64,000 nt of DNA from Ignavibacteria bacterium (GTDB lineage: Bacteria > Bacteroidota > Ignavibacteria > Kapaibacteriales > UBA2268). Below the pieces are notes generated by a model. That model was not told where the DNA came from, did not search any database, and saw only the letters and a list, made by a program, of their open reading frames with translations. Below are positions 17,666 through 27,424 of this stretch, piece by piece; positions within the stretch are counted from its first letter, which is position 1; the number at the start of each line of letters is the position of its first letter. The stretch lies in the NCBI GenBank assembly GCA_037440445.1, contig JBBIUA010000002.1, positions 136,848 to 200,847 of the forward strand. The letters run 5' to 3'. Position numbers and translations under genes: made by a program.

Positions 17666-20600
17666 CTACTTAACTATCATTATTTTGTCAACAACAATTT
17701 TTTTGTTATCTGTTGTAATTGTAACAAAATATATACCAGAAATTAGATTTTTTGTATCAAAAATTATTACTTTCGTTTCGTTTCGATTAATATTGTTAAA
17801 AGATAATCCTTCAATTTTGTTACCAATCGGATCTTGAATTTGAATTGAAACATTTTCAAGGTCAATGAATGGTATTACTGAAAAGATGATATTCGATGAA
17901 GTTGGATTTGGATATGCTTTAAATTCAACGATATTTGAACGATTTAGGTAATTAAAACCTTCGTTGACTCCAACTATTAAATCAAAACCTGCTATTTTAT
18001 AAATGCTGCCATCATAGGTAGAAATCCAAAGATTATTGTCTCTTGGGTCGAATTCAATTCCTCGAGCATTAATTAACCCCGTCATAGTTTGCAAAGGAAT
18101 GCTTGCTTCTGCTTGGCTCAAATCGGACTTATCAATTTTAATCGCAACTGCTTCAGTTAATGCTCCGCCACTTGGGAAATAAGTTCCTACTTGGAATACA
18201 TACTGCTTACGGTCATAAGCCAATCCACGTGGACCGTATGTTTTTGAATAAGGATTTGGGTAGGTTGCCTCAACAGTTCCATTATTTGGGTTAACAACCA
18301 TTAAAAGTTGTCTACCAAATTGATCCTTTTTGTCCCGGTCGCCGACAAGAAGTTTTCCGTCAAAGACTTCCAGACCAATAGGATATACGTTTGCAGGGGA
18401 GGGAAATTGCCTAATCAACTTTCCATTTGTGTCGACAATTAGAATGTTGCCACCATTTCCATTTGTGCTGTTCATTCTATGAACATAAATAATATTATTG
18501 TCACGGTCGTAAGCAATGTCGGTAAAGAGGCTATCGCCTGGAAGTGTAACACTTTTTTCTCTTGCAAAAGTATTGGCATTAAGTTTTACCAATTGATTTG
18601 AATTAAAACTTGTTACCCAAAGTCCCTCTTTACCATCAAAAGCAATTCCATAAGGAACAAAATTAACGCTGGTAGCCTTTAAAATTGAACCTTTTTCAAT
18701 TAATGTAATCGAAAATGAATTTGAAATTTTTGTTTGTTCGGAATTGGAAAGAGAAGAAATACGAACTCTTGCAAAGTCTGTTTCAACATTTGGTAGAGTC
18801 CAGAGAAGTGGGGACGAGACAACATCCTCTGCAATTGTTCGCCAACTCTGACCATCATCGGCTGAAAACTCGACACGAACGGGTGGGGCGAAGCCGTACC
18901 AAGCGATTAAAATTTGGGTGGAACTAACAAAAATTTCTCCTCCGCTTGGGGAAGTGATTTCGAAACTGTTTATTACATCAAATGGAACTTGTGTTTCCCA
19001 AATTCCTCTGCCGTGCGTCGCTACTCGTAGCGGAAAATATTGAGAAGTCAAGGAATATTTACAAAACTTCAAATCTGTTACAGGACTTTTCGGAAGTTTG
19101 TTACCGAATGGGAACCAATTTGCTCCGCCGTCGTATGAAGCGAAAACGCCAATGTCTGTTCCAACAAAAATAATTTCATCGTTGAAAGGATGCAAGGCAA
19201 TTGTGTTTACAGGAATATCAGGGAAAGTTCTGCTTATATCTATCCAAGTTTGTCCAAAGTTGGTTGTTTTGAAGATATGTGGAGTATAAAAACCAGAAAA
19301 AGTTACATATGCTTTACCTTCAGTTTGGTTAGAGAATGCGATATCAGTGACCCATCGATTTACCAAACCATTTCCTGAAAGGTTCGACCATTTTTCGCCA
19401 CCATCGGTTGATATAATTAGGTCGCCACCGCTGGTGCCCGCCATTATGTGTTCAGAATTTAATGGTGAAATATCTATTGCTGTAAATCTTCCATTTGTAA
19501 AAGGTGTGCGGAGTAATTCCCAACTGCTGCCTCCGTTGTAACTAGCGTAAAGCTTAGTCCTACCATAATATAATATTGAATTTATTTGTGGGTCAATAAC
19601 TAATGGAGGATCCCATACTGCATCAGAAAAGTCGATGCCATTATCAATGTAGGTGAAAGCACCAGTTTTAATGTTAAGTTTAAAAGGCTTGATTACACCA
19701 CCTGGTGTACTTTGACCAAAAACAATGTTAGGGTTATTGTAGTCCACTACAGTTCTGAAACCATCACCACCAGCAATGAAACTCCAATTTAAGTCGGCAT
19801 CATTGCCAAGTGTTCCGTTATCCTGTGTTCCCCCGTAATTGATATTTGGTTGAGTATTGTCGATGTCGAAACCATAAAATTGGGTAACCTGCAAATTATT
19901 ATTTCTAACTACCCAATTTATTCCTGCATCAGATGAAAAATAAATACCTCCATCGTTGCCTAACATTACAATATTAGGGTCAATTGGATTAAAAGCGGCA
20001 CAATGTTGGTCTACGTGTACACTGCCACCACTATAACCATTAGTTACATTTGTCCAAGTTTTTCCATCCGATGTACGGAATACATCAATACCACCAGCCA
20101 AAACCAAATTTGGATTTGTTGGATGGACTTCAATGAAGTTATTGTAAAAACCTTGTCCACGAAAGAAGGTTTGGTCTCCACGAAAAACAAGAACCCAATC
20201 CAAACCTTTATTTGTAGTTCGGTAAATTAATCCACTTATATTCATATCAAGAAGTGCATAGGCAATATTGGGGTCGGAAGGTGCAAATTTTACTGAAATT
20301 CTGCCAAATGGTTGCTCAAAATTTTTGCTTCGATTTTCCCAACTCTTACCCATATCGCTTGTGTAATAAACACCTTCACCATTAATTCCGATTAAATATT
20401 CTGCTGGATTTTCGGGATTAATTGAAACATCGGTAACATTTTTATCAATCATTCGATTCCAACTTTGTCCAGCATCTGTTGAAATGTAGAAACCTGGTTT
20501 TCGAATTGTTGCACCTGCAACCACAATGTTTGAGTTCTGAGGATGGACATAAATCCTTGAAAAAGCACCAACTTCTGTTAATCCAAGAAGTTTCCAAGTG

Positions 20601-21124
20601 TTTCCACCATCCGTTGTTTTATAAATTCCGTTGCCAAGATAAATTGTCCCACCTCCAATAACAGATTCACCTGTTCCAGCATATAGAGTATTGGGGTTAT
20701 TTAAGTCGATTGCCAGGGCTCCAAATGCAATACCATTCTCATAGTCCAAAATAGGTTCCCAGTTATTACCGAAATTCGAGGAGCGCCAAATTCCACCTGC
20801 AGCAGCAGATGCATATACTAATCCTTTTTTGGTTGGATGGAATACAATAGATTTTATCCTTCCGCCAACGTCGAATGGTCCTATAGGTTTCCATTCAGGT
20901 TGTTCTGCTAAGAGAAGATTCGAAGATAATTTTTGATAAAGTAATTTCGATTGCTCAAATGCCTTTTGTCTTGCTAAATCTGGTATTTTATCAAAAGGAT
21001 AGGCTCTTTGTTTATTAAATTCCTCTGCACGGCGGGCAGGGTCGTCATATTCGAACCTTTCCTGACTTAAGGTTAATGAATAAGTTGCAATTAATATTCC
21101 TAATAAAAATATTAATTTTTTCAT
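17666..21124 (-). CDS. Large secreted BNR/Asp-box repeat protein with additional beta-propeller region and T9SS C-terminal sorting domain
   Basis: Signal peptide; at least 10 Asp-box motifs (TTDGGNTW, STDAGQSW, TSDMGKSW, SDGKTW, SSDAGINW, STDGGEKWS, TNFGQTWI, SYDGGANWF, SADDGQSWR); an NHL/YVTN-like repeat region; the C-terminal ~80 aa (...GIYFVTITTDNKKIVVDKIMIVK) resemble a Por/T9SS CTD. Confidence 0.7.
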   Translation of the reverse strand: MKKLIFLLGILIATYSLTLSQERFEYDDPARRAEEFNKQRAYPFDKIPDLARQKAFEQSKLLYQKLSSNLLLAEQPEWKPIGPFDVGGRIKSIVFHPTKKGLVYASAAAGGIWRSSNFGNNWEPILDYENGIAFGALAIDLNNPNTLYAGTGESVIGGGTIYLGNGIYKTTDGGNTWKLLGLTEVGAFSRIYVHPQNSNIVVAGATIRKPGFYISTDAGQSWNRMIDKNVTDVSINPENPAEYLIGINGEGVYYTSDMGKSWENRSKNFEQPFGRISVKFAPSDPNIAYALLDMNISGLIYRTTNKGLDWVLVFRGDQTFFRGQGFYNNFIEVHPTNPNLVLAGGIDVFRTSDGKTWTNVTNGYSGGSVHVDQHCAAFNPIDPNIVMLGNDGGIYFSSDAGINWVVRNNNLQVTQFYGFDIDNTQPNINYGGTQDNGTLGNDADLNWSFIAGGDGFRTVVDYNNPNIVFGQSTPGGVIKPFKLNIKTGAFTYIDNGIDFSDAVWDPPLVIDPQINSILYYGRTKLYASYNGGSSWELLRTPFTNGRFTAIDISPLNSEHIMAGTSGGDLIISTDGGEKWSNLSGNGLVNRWVTDIAFSNQTEGKAYVTFSGFYTPHIFKTTNFGQTWIDISRTFPDIPVNTIALHPFNDEIIFVGTDIGVFASYDGGANWFPFGNKLPKSPVTDLKFCKYSLTSQYFPLRVATHGRGIWETQVPFDVINSFEITSPSGGEIFVSSTQILIAWYGFAPPVRVEFSADDGQSWRTIAEDVVSSPLLWTLPNVETDFARVRISSLSNSEQTKISNSFSITLIEKGSILKATSVNFVPYGIAFDGKEGLWVTSFNSNQLVKLNANTFAREKSVTLPGDSLFTDIAYDRDNNIIYVHRMNSTNGNGGNILIVDTNGKLIRQFPSPANVYPIGLEVFDGKLLVGDRDKKDQFGRQLLMVVNPNNGTVEATYPNPYSKTYGPRGLAYDRKQYVFQVGTYFPSGGALTEAVAIKIDKSDLSQAEASIPLQTMTGLINARGIEFDPRDNNLWISTYDGSIYKIAGFDLIVGVNEGFNYLNRSNIVEFKAYPNPTSSNIIFSVIPFIDLENVSIQIQDPIGNKIEGLSFNNINRNETKVIIFDTKNLISGIYFVTITTDNKKIVVDKIMIVK

Positions 21125-21264
21125 TGCTTTACCTTTTTTATTATTTCAATTTAAAAATTTTTTTATTATAATTCGGTTCATTTGGTTTATTAATTTCTGT
21201 ATTTAATTTTAAAATTACTATTTTTAATTTTGTACATAATTATTTTGGTTACTTTGGAGGATAT

Positions 21265-22329
21265 ATGTTCGAGAAAATTCAATCCTTACTTGGAAACGAA
21301 GCAGAATTCCTACTTGGCTTTTCTAATCCAAAGGTTCCTAAGGATTTGTTAACCCTACCTGGCCCCGATTTTGTGGATAGAGTATTTGCAAATTCAGACC
21401 GTAATAACAGAGTTCTTGCGAATCTTAATAGGCTTTTCAATCATGGAAGACTTGCTGGAACTGGTTACCTTTCGATCTTACCAATTGACCAAGGTGTAGA
21501 GCATTCGGCTGGGGCGAGTTTCGCCAAAAATCCCATTTACTTTGACCCCGAGAACATTGTGAAACTTGCTATTGAAGGTGGTTGCAATGCTGTTGCTTCT
21601 ACCTTTGGTGTGCTTGGGATGGTTGCTCGTAAATATGCCCATAAAATTCCATTTATTGTTAAAATTAATCACAATGAACTTTTAACCTATCCAAACAAAT
21701 ATGACCAAATTCTCTTTGGAACTATCGAAGAGGCTTACAATATGGGGGCTGTTGCCGTCGGTGCTACAATTTACTTTGGTAGCACTGAAAGTAATCGGCA
21801 AATTGTTGAAATTTCGGAAACATTTGCTTTTGCTCACGAACTCGGAATGGGTACAATTCTTTGGTGCTATCTCAGAAATTCTGCTTTTAAAAAAGATAAA
21901 GACTATCACGTTTCTGCAGATTTGACTGGGCAGGCTAATTATCTTGGAGCCACATTGCAAGCAGATATTATTAAACAAAAACTTCCTGAAAACAATGGTG
22001 GATATTTAGCCCTTAATGCTGAAGGCAAATCTTATGGTAAGTATGACCAAAGAATATACTCGGAACTAACGTCTGAACATCCTATTGACTTATGCAGGTA
22101 CCAAGTTGTAAATAACTTTATGGGCAAGATAGGGTTAATTAATAGTGGTGGTGCATCCGGCGAGAATGATTTAGTCGAAGCAACTAAAACCGCAGTCATA
22201 AACAAACGTGCTGGTGGTATGGGATTAATCTCGGGAAGAAAAGCCTTTCAAAAACCAATGGAAGAAGGTATCAAACTACTGAATACTATTCAAGATGTTT
22301 ACTTGTGCAAGGAAATCACAATTGCTTAA
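21265..22329 (+). CDS. fbaB: Class I fructose-bisphosphate aldolase (FbaB/DhnA type)
   Basis: Near-colinear match to the E. coli FbaB sequence as I recall it ([66 protein letters not shown]). GGAGG RBS upstream. Confidence 0.85.
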   Translation: MFEKIQSLLGNEAEFLLGFSNPKVPKDLLTLPGPDFVDRVFANSDRNNRVLANLNRLFNHGRLAGTGYLSILPIDQGVEHSAGASFAKNPIYFDPENIVKLAIEGGCNAVASTFGVLGMVARKYAHKIPFIVKINHNELLTYPNKYDQILFGTIEEAYNMGAVAVGATIYFGSTESNRQIVEISETFAFAHELGMGTILWCYLRNSAFKKDKDYHVSADLTGQANYLGATLQADIIKQKLPENNGGYLALNAEGKSYGKYDQRIYSELTSEHPIDLCRYQVVNNFMGKIGLINSGGASGENDLVEATKTAVINKRAGGMGLISGRKAFQKPMEEGIKLLNTIQDVYLCKEITIA

Positions 22330-22421
22330 TATTTTCGGTGTGATTTCCATCACCCCGAAGGATTTTAATCATTAATTCAATATTTTACTTTTTTAAACCA
22401 AAAAGACGGAGGAATGTTTAT

Positions 22422-23735
22422 CTAAATTCTTTTGTTATTTTTTTTGCACTTTAGGATAAAATTTAATATGTCTTCGAATCCTTTTGTTAAATATATTATC
22501 TTAAAGTTGTATTCTTTATGAATATGGAAATATGCAAGTGACCCAAGAAGTAAATAATAACTGACAATTCCAAGTGGAGTCAGATTTGGGAAGTTAAATG
22601 CCCCGACAACGAAAAGAACAATTACTGAGATTAAAGATGAGAAGAAAAAATAAACTGAAACTGGTTTAAGTTTATTTTGTGCTATCAGAACCGACAATCC
22701 AAGTTGGAAAGGCATAAACAGGCTGCCAGCCATCATTAAGTTGAAATAGGGAATAGACATTTGGTATCGAGACGGTAAAAGAATTTTAATAAAAAATTCA
22801 GAACCCCCGAGTTCTAAAAAAAGAAACATAAGAAAAATTGTAATGAAAGTGAAAGAAATCGACTTGTAAATTAGGCTTTGTATTTCTTGGAGTTTATTTT
22901 TTGCAATCATACGGACGGCTGTTGGATAAACTAGACCAAAAGCTGCATTCAAGCCTTCTTCGAACAAACGGAACAATGTTTTTGCTGAATAATAAATTCC
23001 AACAATCTTGCTTTGAAAAAAATATTGCAGAATAAAAACGTCGAGTTGCCGAGCGATACTTTGTGAAATAGAAAAACTTAAAATTGAAAAACCAAACTTA
23101 AAATAGTCTTTTAAATAATAGGTACCCTTGAAACCAAGTTTAATATATTTTTTTAAAAGTACAACTCCTGTTGTTGAACTGAGAATAGTACCTGAAAAAT
23201 AAATTAACATCATTGTTTGAAGAGAAAAAGAGTGATATTTGAAGAATAAAAAAATCGTTAAAATGGACATAGGGATAAAAAAAGCAGCATTTACAAGAAA
23301 GAGTAATAGCATATTAGAATGTTTCATTGCAAATTTCAGAGTGTAAACTCTGGGAATCGTTAACATTGAAAGGAATGGGAGATATGAACATACAAGCTTT
23401 AAACCTTGTTCATTAAAAAAATTTACCCAAAAATCCGATAAAAGTGAAAATGAAGATGAGAAAACAAAAACGAAAGTAAATGTAAAAATTAATGCAAATG
23501 TGTTTGAACGTCTTTCGGTTTCTGAATTAAATCCAAATTGAATTATGCTCTGAAGGAAAAAAGAGTCGACAATTATAAAAAGCCAAGTATTAATACCAAT
23601 CAAGAGAGCATAAATTCCAAGAACGGATGGATCGAGCCGACGAATTTGCAATAACGAAACAAATCCATAAAGGACATAAAGTCCTTTATCGAGCAAGCTC
23701 CAGAGAACTTTATCGAGATTTTCGCTAAGTTTCAA
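22422..23735 (-). CDS. Polytopic membrane protein, oligosaccharide flippase (Wzx/MOP-superfamily)-like
   Basis: 437 aa with ~12 predicted TM helices. Its N-terminal region resembles Polysacc_synt-family flippases. Confidence 0.5.
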   Translation of the reverse strand: MKLSENLDKVLWSLLDKGLYVLYGFVSLLQIRRLDPSVLGIYALLIGINTWLFIIVDSFFLQSIIQFGFNSETERRSNTFALIFTFTFVFVFSSSFSLLSDFWVNFFNEQGLKLVCSYLPFLSMLTIPRVYTLKFAMKHSNMLLLFLVNAAFFIPMSILTIFLFFKYHSFSLQTMMLIYFSGTILSSTTGVVLLKKYIKLGFKGTYYLKDYFKFGFSILSFSISQSIARQLDVFILQYFFQSKIVGIYYSAKTLFRLFEEGLNAAFGLVYPTAVRMIAKNKLQEIQSLIYKSISFTFITIFLMFLFLELGGSEFFIKILLPSRYQMSIPYFNLMMAGSLFMPFQLGLSVLIAQNKLKPVSVYFFFSSLISVIVLFVVGAFNFPNLTPLGIVSYYLLLGSLAYFHIHKEYNFKIIYLTKGFEDILNFILKCKKNNKRI

Positions 23736-23772
23736 TTATAGTTTCGAAAAAAGCAAAATTACAAATAGAGCG

Positions 23773-25491
23773 TTAACTTATAGGTAGGTGAATAATAAAT
23801 TTTGTACCTTTGCCCTCTTCGCTTTGTACTTGGATATTACCATCGTGAAGTAATATAATATGCTTAACTATAGAAAGTCCCAAGCCGGTTCCACCTTGTT
23901 TTCGAGAGTGTGATTTATCGACAGTGTAAAAACGCTCAAAAATTCTGTCTAAATGTTCTTTAGGTATTCCAATTCCTTCATCGCTAACTACAATTTTCAC
24001 TGTGTCTTCGTCTTCCTGCGTTAGTTCAATTCTTATCGTTCCTTTGTCTGAATATTTTATTGCGTTGTCAATAAGATTAACAAAGACTTGTTCCAATCGA
24101 AAGGAATCAGCAAGAATTGTTGGAAAATTATTATCACATTTCAATTCGAATTTCAATTTTTTTTCTTCTAACCTCTGTTTAAATGTAGGAATAATTTGCT
24201 TTATTAGTTCGCAAAGGTTGACTTCACTTACAATTAATTTCGACGAAACATCTTCGAGCGACATCAATGTAAGAAGGTCATCGACGATATGAATTATTCT
24301 TTCGGTGTTCTTTTTTATGGTTTCGACATAACGAAAGTGCTCGGGGGATATTTCCTCTTCGAGTGTTTCTATATAACCTTTGATTGCTGTCAAAGGAGTT
24401 CTAAGTTCATGGGAAACATTTGCTACAAAATCTTTTTTTATATTTTCAATTTTTTTCAACATTGAAATATCGTAAAGAAGATGTAATACTTGATTTCCTG
24501 GTTCCAGGTATTTTGTAGTAGAAATGTAAGTTTTGCCGTCGATTTCTATTTCAATTGAATTCGCTTTCTTGTTTTCGAAAGTCATTCTTACTTGAGAGGC
24601 AATTTTTTCATCTTTAAAATCGACATTTTTTTCAAACAACTGGAGTAAGTTTCTATAATTTTGATTGGCAAAACTCAAAGATGTGTCGTTATTGATTATT
24701 GCAAGAGCTTGTTCAATAGATTCGATCAAATTTTTCATAAAATTCCGCTGTTCGGTCAATTTTTCAAATGACTTTTTCATTTCTCGAACCATTTCGTTAA
24801 AATTTCGTTTCAAATAGGCTAACTCGGTTTCTCCTTGTTCGTTCAGTAGAATATCAAAGTTACCAGCAGCTACATTTTTCGACGCCTCCATTACTTCGAG
24901 GATAGGTTTGGTAAGTTGTTTGGACAAAATGTAGGAAATCAGAAAAACCGAACCAAACAATGCTATGAAAATAAGAATGATATTTTGTTGTAATTCTAAA
25001 AAAAATGTATTCAGGCTTTCCTTTGGAATGCTTATTCTTAGAATGAGAAAATCGTTGTTGGATAGATTGATTTTTGTTGCAAAATAGATATACTCTGCGT
25101 TTAGTGTTTTACTGTATCTAATTGCCCACCCTTTTCCGTTGTTGATGGCTTGGAATACCTCGGGGCGTTCCCGATGGTTTTCCAACTTTCTACCTTTTGC
25201 ACGAGATTCTGCAATTACATCTCCGTTTGAAGTTATTATTGTAATTCGAAGATTTAGTAATGAATCGATGGAGTTGATATATTGCAAAAGTTCATTTTGA
25301 AACAGTTCGTTTGAGATGTAATGTTGTTTTATGTTCGAAGCAAGAACAAAATTAATTTTTTCTAACTCGTTTAATTGGAATCTAATGAAAAAATTTTTGA
25401 AAGAACTAAGAGTTTGGTATGTTAGAATAATAGCGAAAACTAAAGTTATTGTGATAAAAGAAGAAAAAACAAGGGTGGAATATTTTTTCAT
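23773..25491 (-). CDS. Sensor histidine kinase (PhoR-like; TM-sensor-HAMP-HisKA-HATPase)
   Basis: HisKA H-box VANVSHELRTPLTAIKGY, N-box NLIDNAIKYS, G-boxes DEGIGIP and GGTGLGLSIVK; two N-terminal TM segments. Confidence 0.8.
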   Translation of the reverse strand: MKKYSTLVFSSFITITLVFAIILTYQTLSSFKNFFIRFQLNELEKINFVLASNIKQHYISNELFQNELLQYINSIDSLLNLRITIITSNGDVIAESRAKGRKLENHRERPEVFQAINNGKGWAIRYSKTLNAEYIYFATKINLSNNDFLILRISIPKESLNTFFLELQQNIILIFIALFGSVFLISYILSKQLTKPILEVMEASKNVAAGNFDILLNEQGETELAYLKRNFNEMVREMKKSFEKLTEQRNFMKNLIESIEQALAIINNDTSLSFANQNYRNLLQLFEKNVDFKDEKIASQVRMTFENKKANSIEIEIDGKTYISTTKYLEPGNQVLHLLYDISMLKKIENIKKDFVANVSHELRTPLTAIKGYIETLEEEISPEHFRYVETIKKNTERIIHIVDDLLTLMSLEDVSSKLIVSEVNLCELIKQIIPTFKQRLEEKKLKFELKCDNNFPTILADSFRLEQVFVNLIDNAIKYSDKGTIRIELTQEDEDTVKIVVSDEGIGIPKEHLDRIFERFYTVDKSHSRKQGGTGLGLSIVKHIILLHDGNIQVQSEEGKGTKFIIHLPIS

Positions 25492-26204
25492 TAATCTTCG
25501 GAAATCTTATAACCGAAACCTCTAACGTTTTTAATAAATTTACCAGCAGAGGCAAGTTTTTCTCGTAAATTTTTAATATGAACGTCTACAGTTCGATCCA
25601 GAACCCCTTTTTCGATACCACCAAGTTCTTCGAGAATCGCCTCTCGCGAAAAAGCCCAGCCTTTTCTTTTTAGCAAAAGTGATAATATTTTGAACTCGCT
25701 TGGGGTTAGTTCAACTTTTTTATTTTCTACAAATACTTCAAACTTTCTGAAGTCAACTTTCAGAATGTTTCCTAAAGTTAAAACGTTTGGTAACTCTTCT
25801 TTTTGTTCACGTCGGAGCACAGCTTTAACTCTTGCAACAAGTTCTCTTGGGGAAAAAGGTTTGGTAACATAATCATCAGCACCAAGTTCCAAACCTAATA
25901 CTTTTTCCATTTCATCCCCTTTCGCAGTTAAAATGATAATTGGTATGTGTTTGAAATTATCATTGTTTTTTAAAAACTTACATACCTCCATTCCGTCGGC
26001 ATCGGGCAACATTAAATCCAAAATTATTAGGTCAGGAATTTCTGATTCAATATGACGGTAAAAAGTTGCAATGTCGCGAAACTCTCTTGTTGCAAAATTG
26101 TGGCGACGAAGATGAAGACTAACAAGTTCCAAAATATCATCTTCGTCATCGACAATTGCGATAACTGGTTCATCAATGGGTTTCTTAAATTTTTGATTTT
26201 CCAT
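25491..26204 (-). CDS. OmpR/PhoB-family response regulator
   Basis: Receiver domain (IAIVDDEDD..DLIILDLMLPDADG..K) plus winged-helix (LTPSEFKILSLL..RTVDVHIKNLREKL..GFGYKI). Its stop overlaps the kinase start (TAATG). I prefer the ATG at 26204 (MENQKF) over the TTG at 26222. Confidence 0.8.
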   Translation of the reverse strand: MENQKFKKPIDEPVIAIVDDEDDILELVSLHLRRHNFATREFRDIATFYRHIESEIPDLIILDLMLPDADGMEVCKFLKNNDNFKHIPIIILTAKGDEMEKVLGLELGADDYVTKPFSPRELVARVKAVLRREQKEELPNVLTLGNILKVDFRKFEVFVENKKVELTPSEFKILSLLLKRKGWAFSREAILEELGGIEKGVLDRTVDVHIKNLREKLASAGKFIKNVRGFGYKISED

Positions 26205-26291
26205 ATGATTAACCTTTAACACACAAAATTAACAGAACTATGTTAATAAAATGTTAATTGATTGTAATAATTCAAGGAATGGCGACAAGAA

Positions 26292-26870
26292 CTAAATTGT
26301 AGACAATTCTTTTGTGAGTTGTCCCGAAGGTAAAACCATAGGATAATCAGGAATGATAAGCCCCTTTTTTATTTTTTTCAACTTATTTTGGATTATTGTT
26401 CTTCGGAATGGTGAAATTCTTTCGAAAAAGAGAATTCCATTTAGATGGTCGATTTCGTGTTGGAGAACACGAGCAAGCAAGCCGTCGACGGTTTCTTTCT
26501 TTTCATTTCCATTAATTTCTAAATATCGAATTTGAATTTCCTTCGGTCGAGTAACAACTTCACGTAATTCGGGTACGGATAAGCATCCTTCGTTGAAGTC
26601 ATCTGTTTCTTCGCTATATGATTCAATAATTGGATTAATATAGGCTTTTTTAGGGTGAATTAATTTATCGTTTTCATCGTAAATATCGTTTACTGTTAAA
26701 ATTGAAATGGATTTACCAACTTGGTTTGCTGCCAACCCTATTCCATCGGCAAAATCCATAGTTTCATACATATCTTTTATAAGTTGGAGAATTTCATCGT
26801 CAATATTAACTACTTCTTTTGTTTTCTGTTTCAAAATTGGATGAAATGCATTATATATCGGTAGAACCAT
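26292..26870 (-). CDS. def: Peptide deformylase
   Basis: GIGLAANQVG, EGCLSVP and HEIDHLNG motifs. Confidence 0.9.
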   Translation of the reverse strand: MVLPIYNAFHPILKQKTKEVVNIDDEILQLIKDMYETMDFADGIGLAANQVGKSISILTVNDIYDENDKLIHPKKAYINPIIESYSEETDDFNEGCLSVPELREVVTRPKEIQIRYLEINGNEKKETVDGLLARVLQHEIDHLNGILFFERISPFRRTIIQNKLKKIKKGLIIPDYPMVLPSGQLTKELSTI

Positions 26871-26918
26871 ATTTAACCCTATTTAAAAAAATATTAACGA
26901 AATCTAAAATTTATTATT

Positions 26919-27338
26919 TCATTCATTTTGTTCTTCGAAAGGTTTGGGTTCCCAATCAACACCATTGCAAGGAACATACCCTTCGTAGATATGTTCATCA
27001 TAAAGTTTGCATAGTTGACCAGTTTCATCGAAATGCAGACATTTTCCGCAAAGGGTGGATTCGAAAACATCTTGTATATGCTTTTTATAAAATTGGTATT
27101 GTTTCCAACCGGGATATGCTGCAAAGAGCCATAATATCAGAAGTGAAACCCACCAAAATTTTCTATTTGAATAGAAACTCATAAAGATAAAACTTAGAAA
27201 TATAACAATGGCACTTCGAAGCAAAATTCCCCAAGCAATAGAACCAAGAGTAACAATTGGAGTAACTTTACCGTTTTCGGATTGTTCAGTTCCGACTCGA
27301 AACATTAGTAAATCTAAAAGTTTATTAAAAATGTCCAT
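26919..27338 (-). CDS. Hypothetical small membrane protein with C-terminal Cys4 zinc-ribbon-like motif
   Basis: 139 aa, two TM helices, then CGKC...(16)...C...(15)...PC in the C-terminal region. Confidence 0.4.
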   Translation of the reverse strand: MDIFNKLLDLLMFRVGTEQSENGKVTPIVTLGSIAWGILLRSAIVIFLSFIFMSFYSNRKFWWVSLLILWLFAAYPGWKQYQFYKKHIQDVFESTLCGKCLHFDETGQLCKLYDEHIYEGYVPCNGVDWEPKPFEEQNE

Positions 27339-27424
27339 CCATTTCGAAATTAGTTAATAAATGCAAATTACAATATGTTTTTGTAATTTTTGTTAAATTG
27401 CATTTTTTTAATTAGGTCGATACA

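Noticed and set aside
18715-20661. Several 60-75-aa + strand ORFs
   Set aside because: All are antisense to the 1152-aa T9SS cargo gene. They are shadow ORFs.
22330-22421. Hairpin GGTGTGATTTCCATCACCCCGAAGG after fbaB as a terminator
   Set aside because: The stem is imperfect (bulged) and the downstream T-run is weak. It is probably a terminator, but too ambiguous to annotate as a feature.
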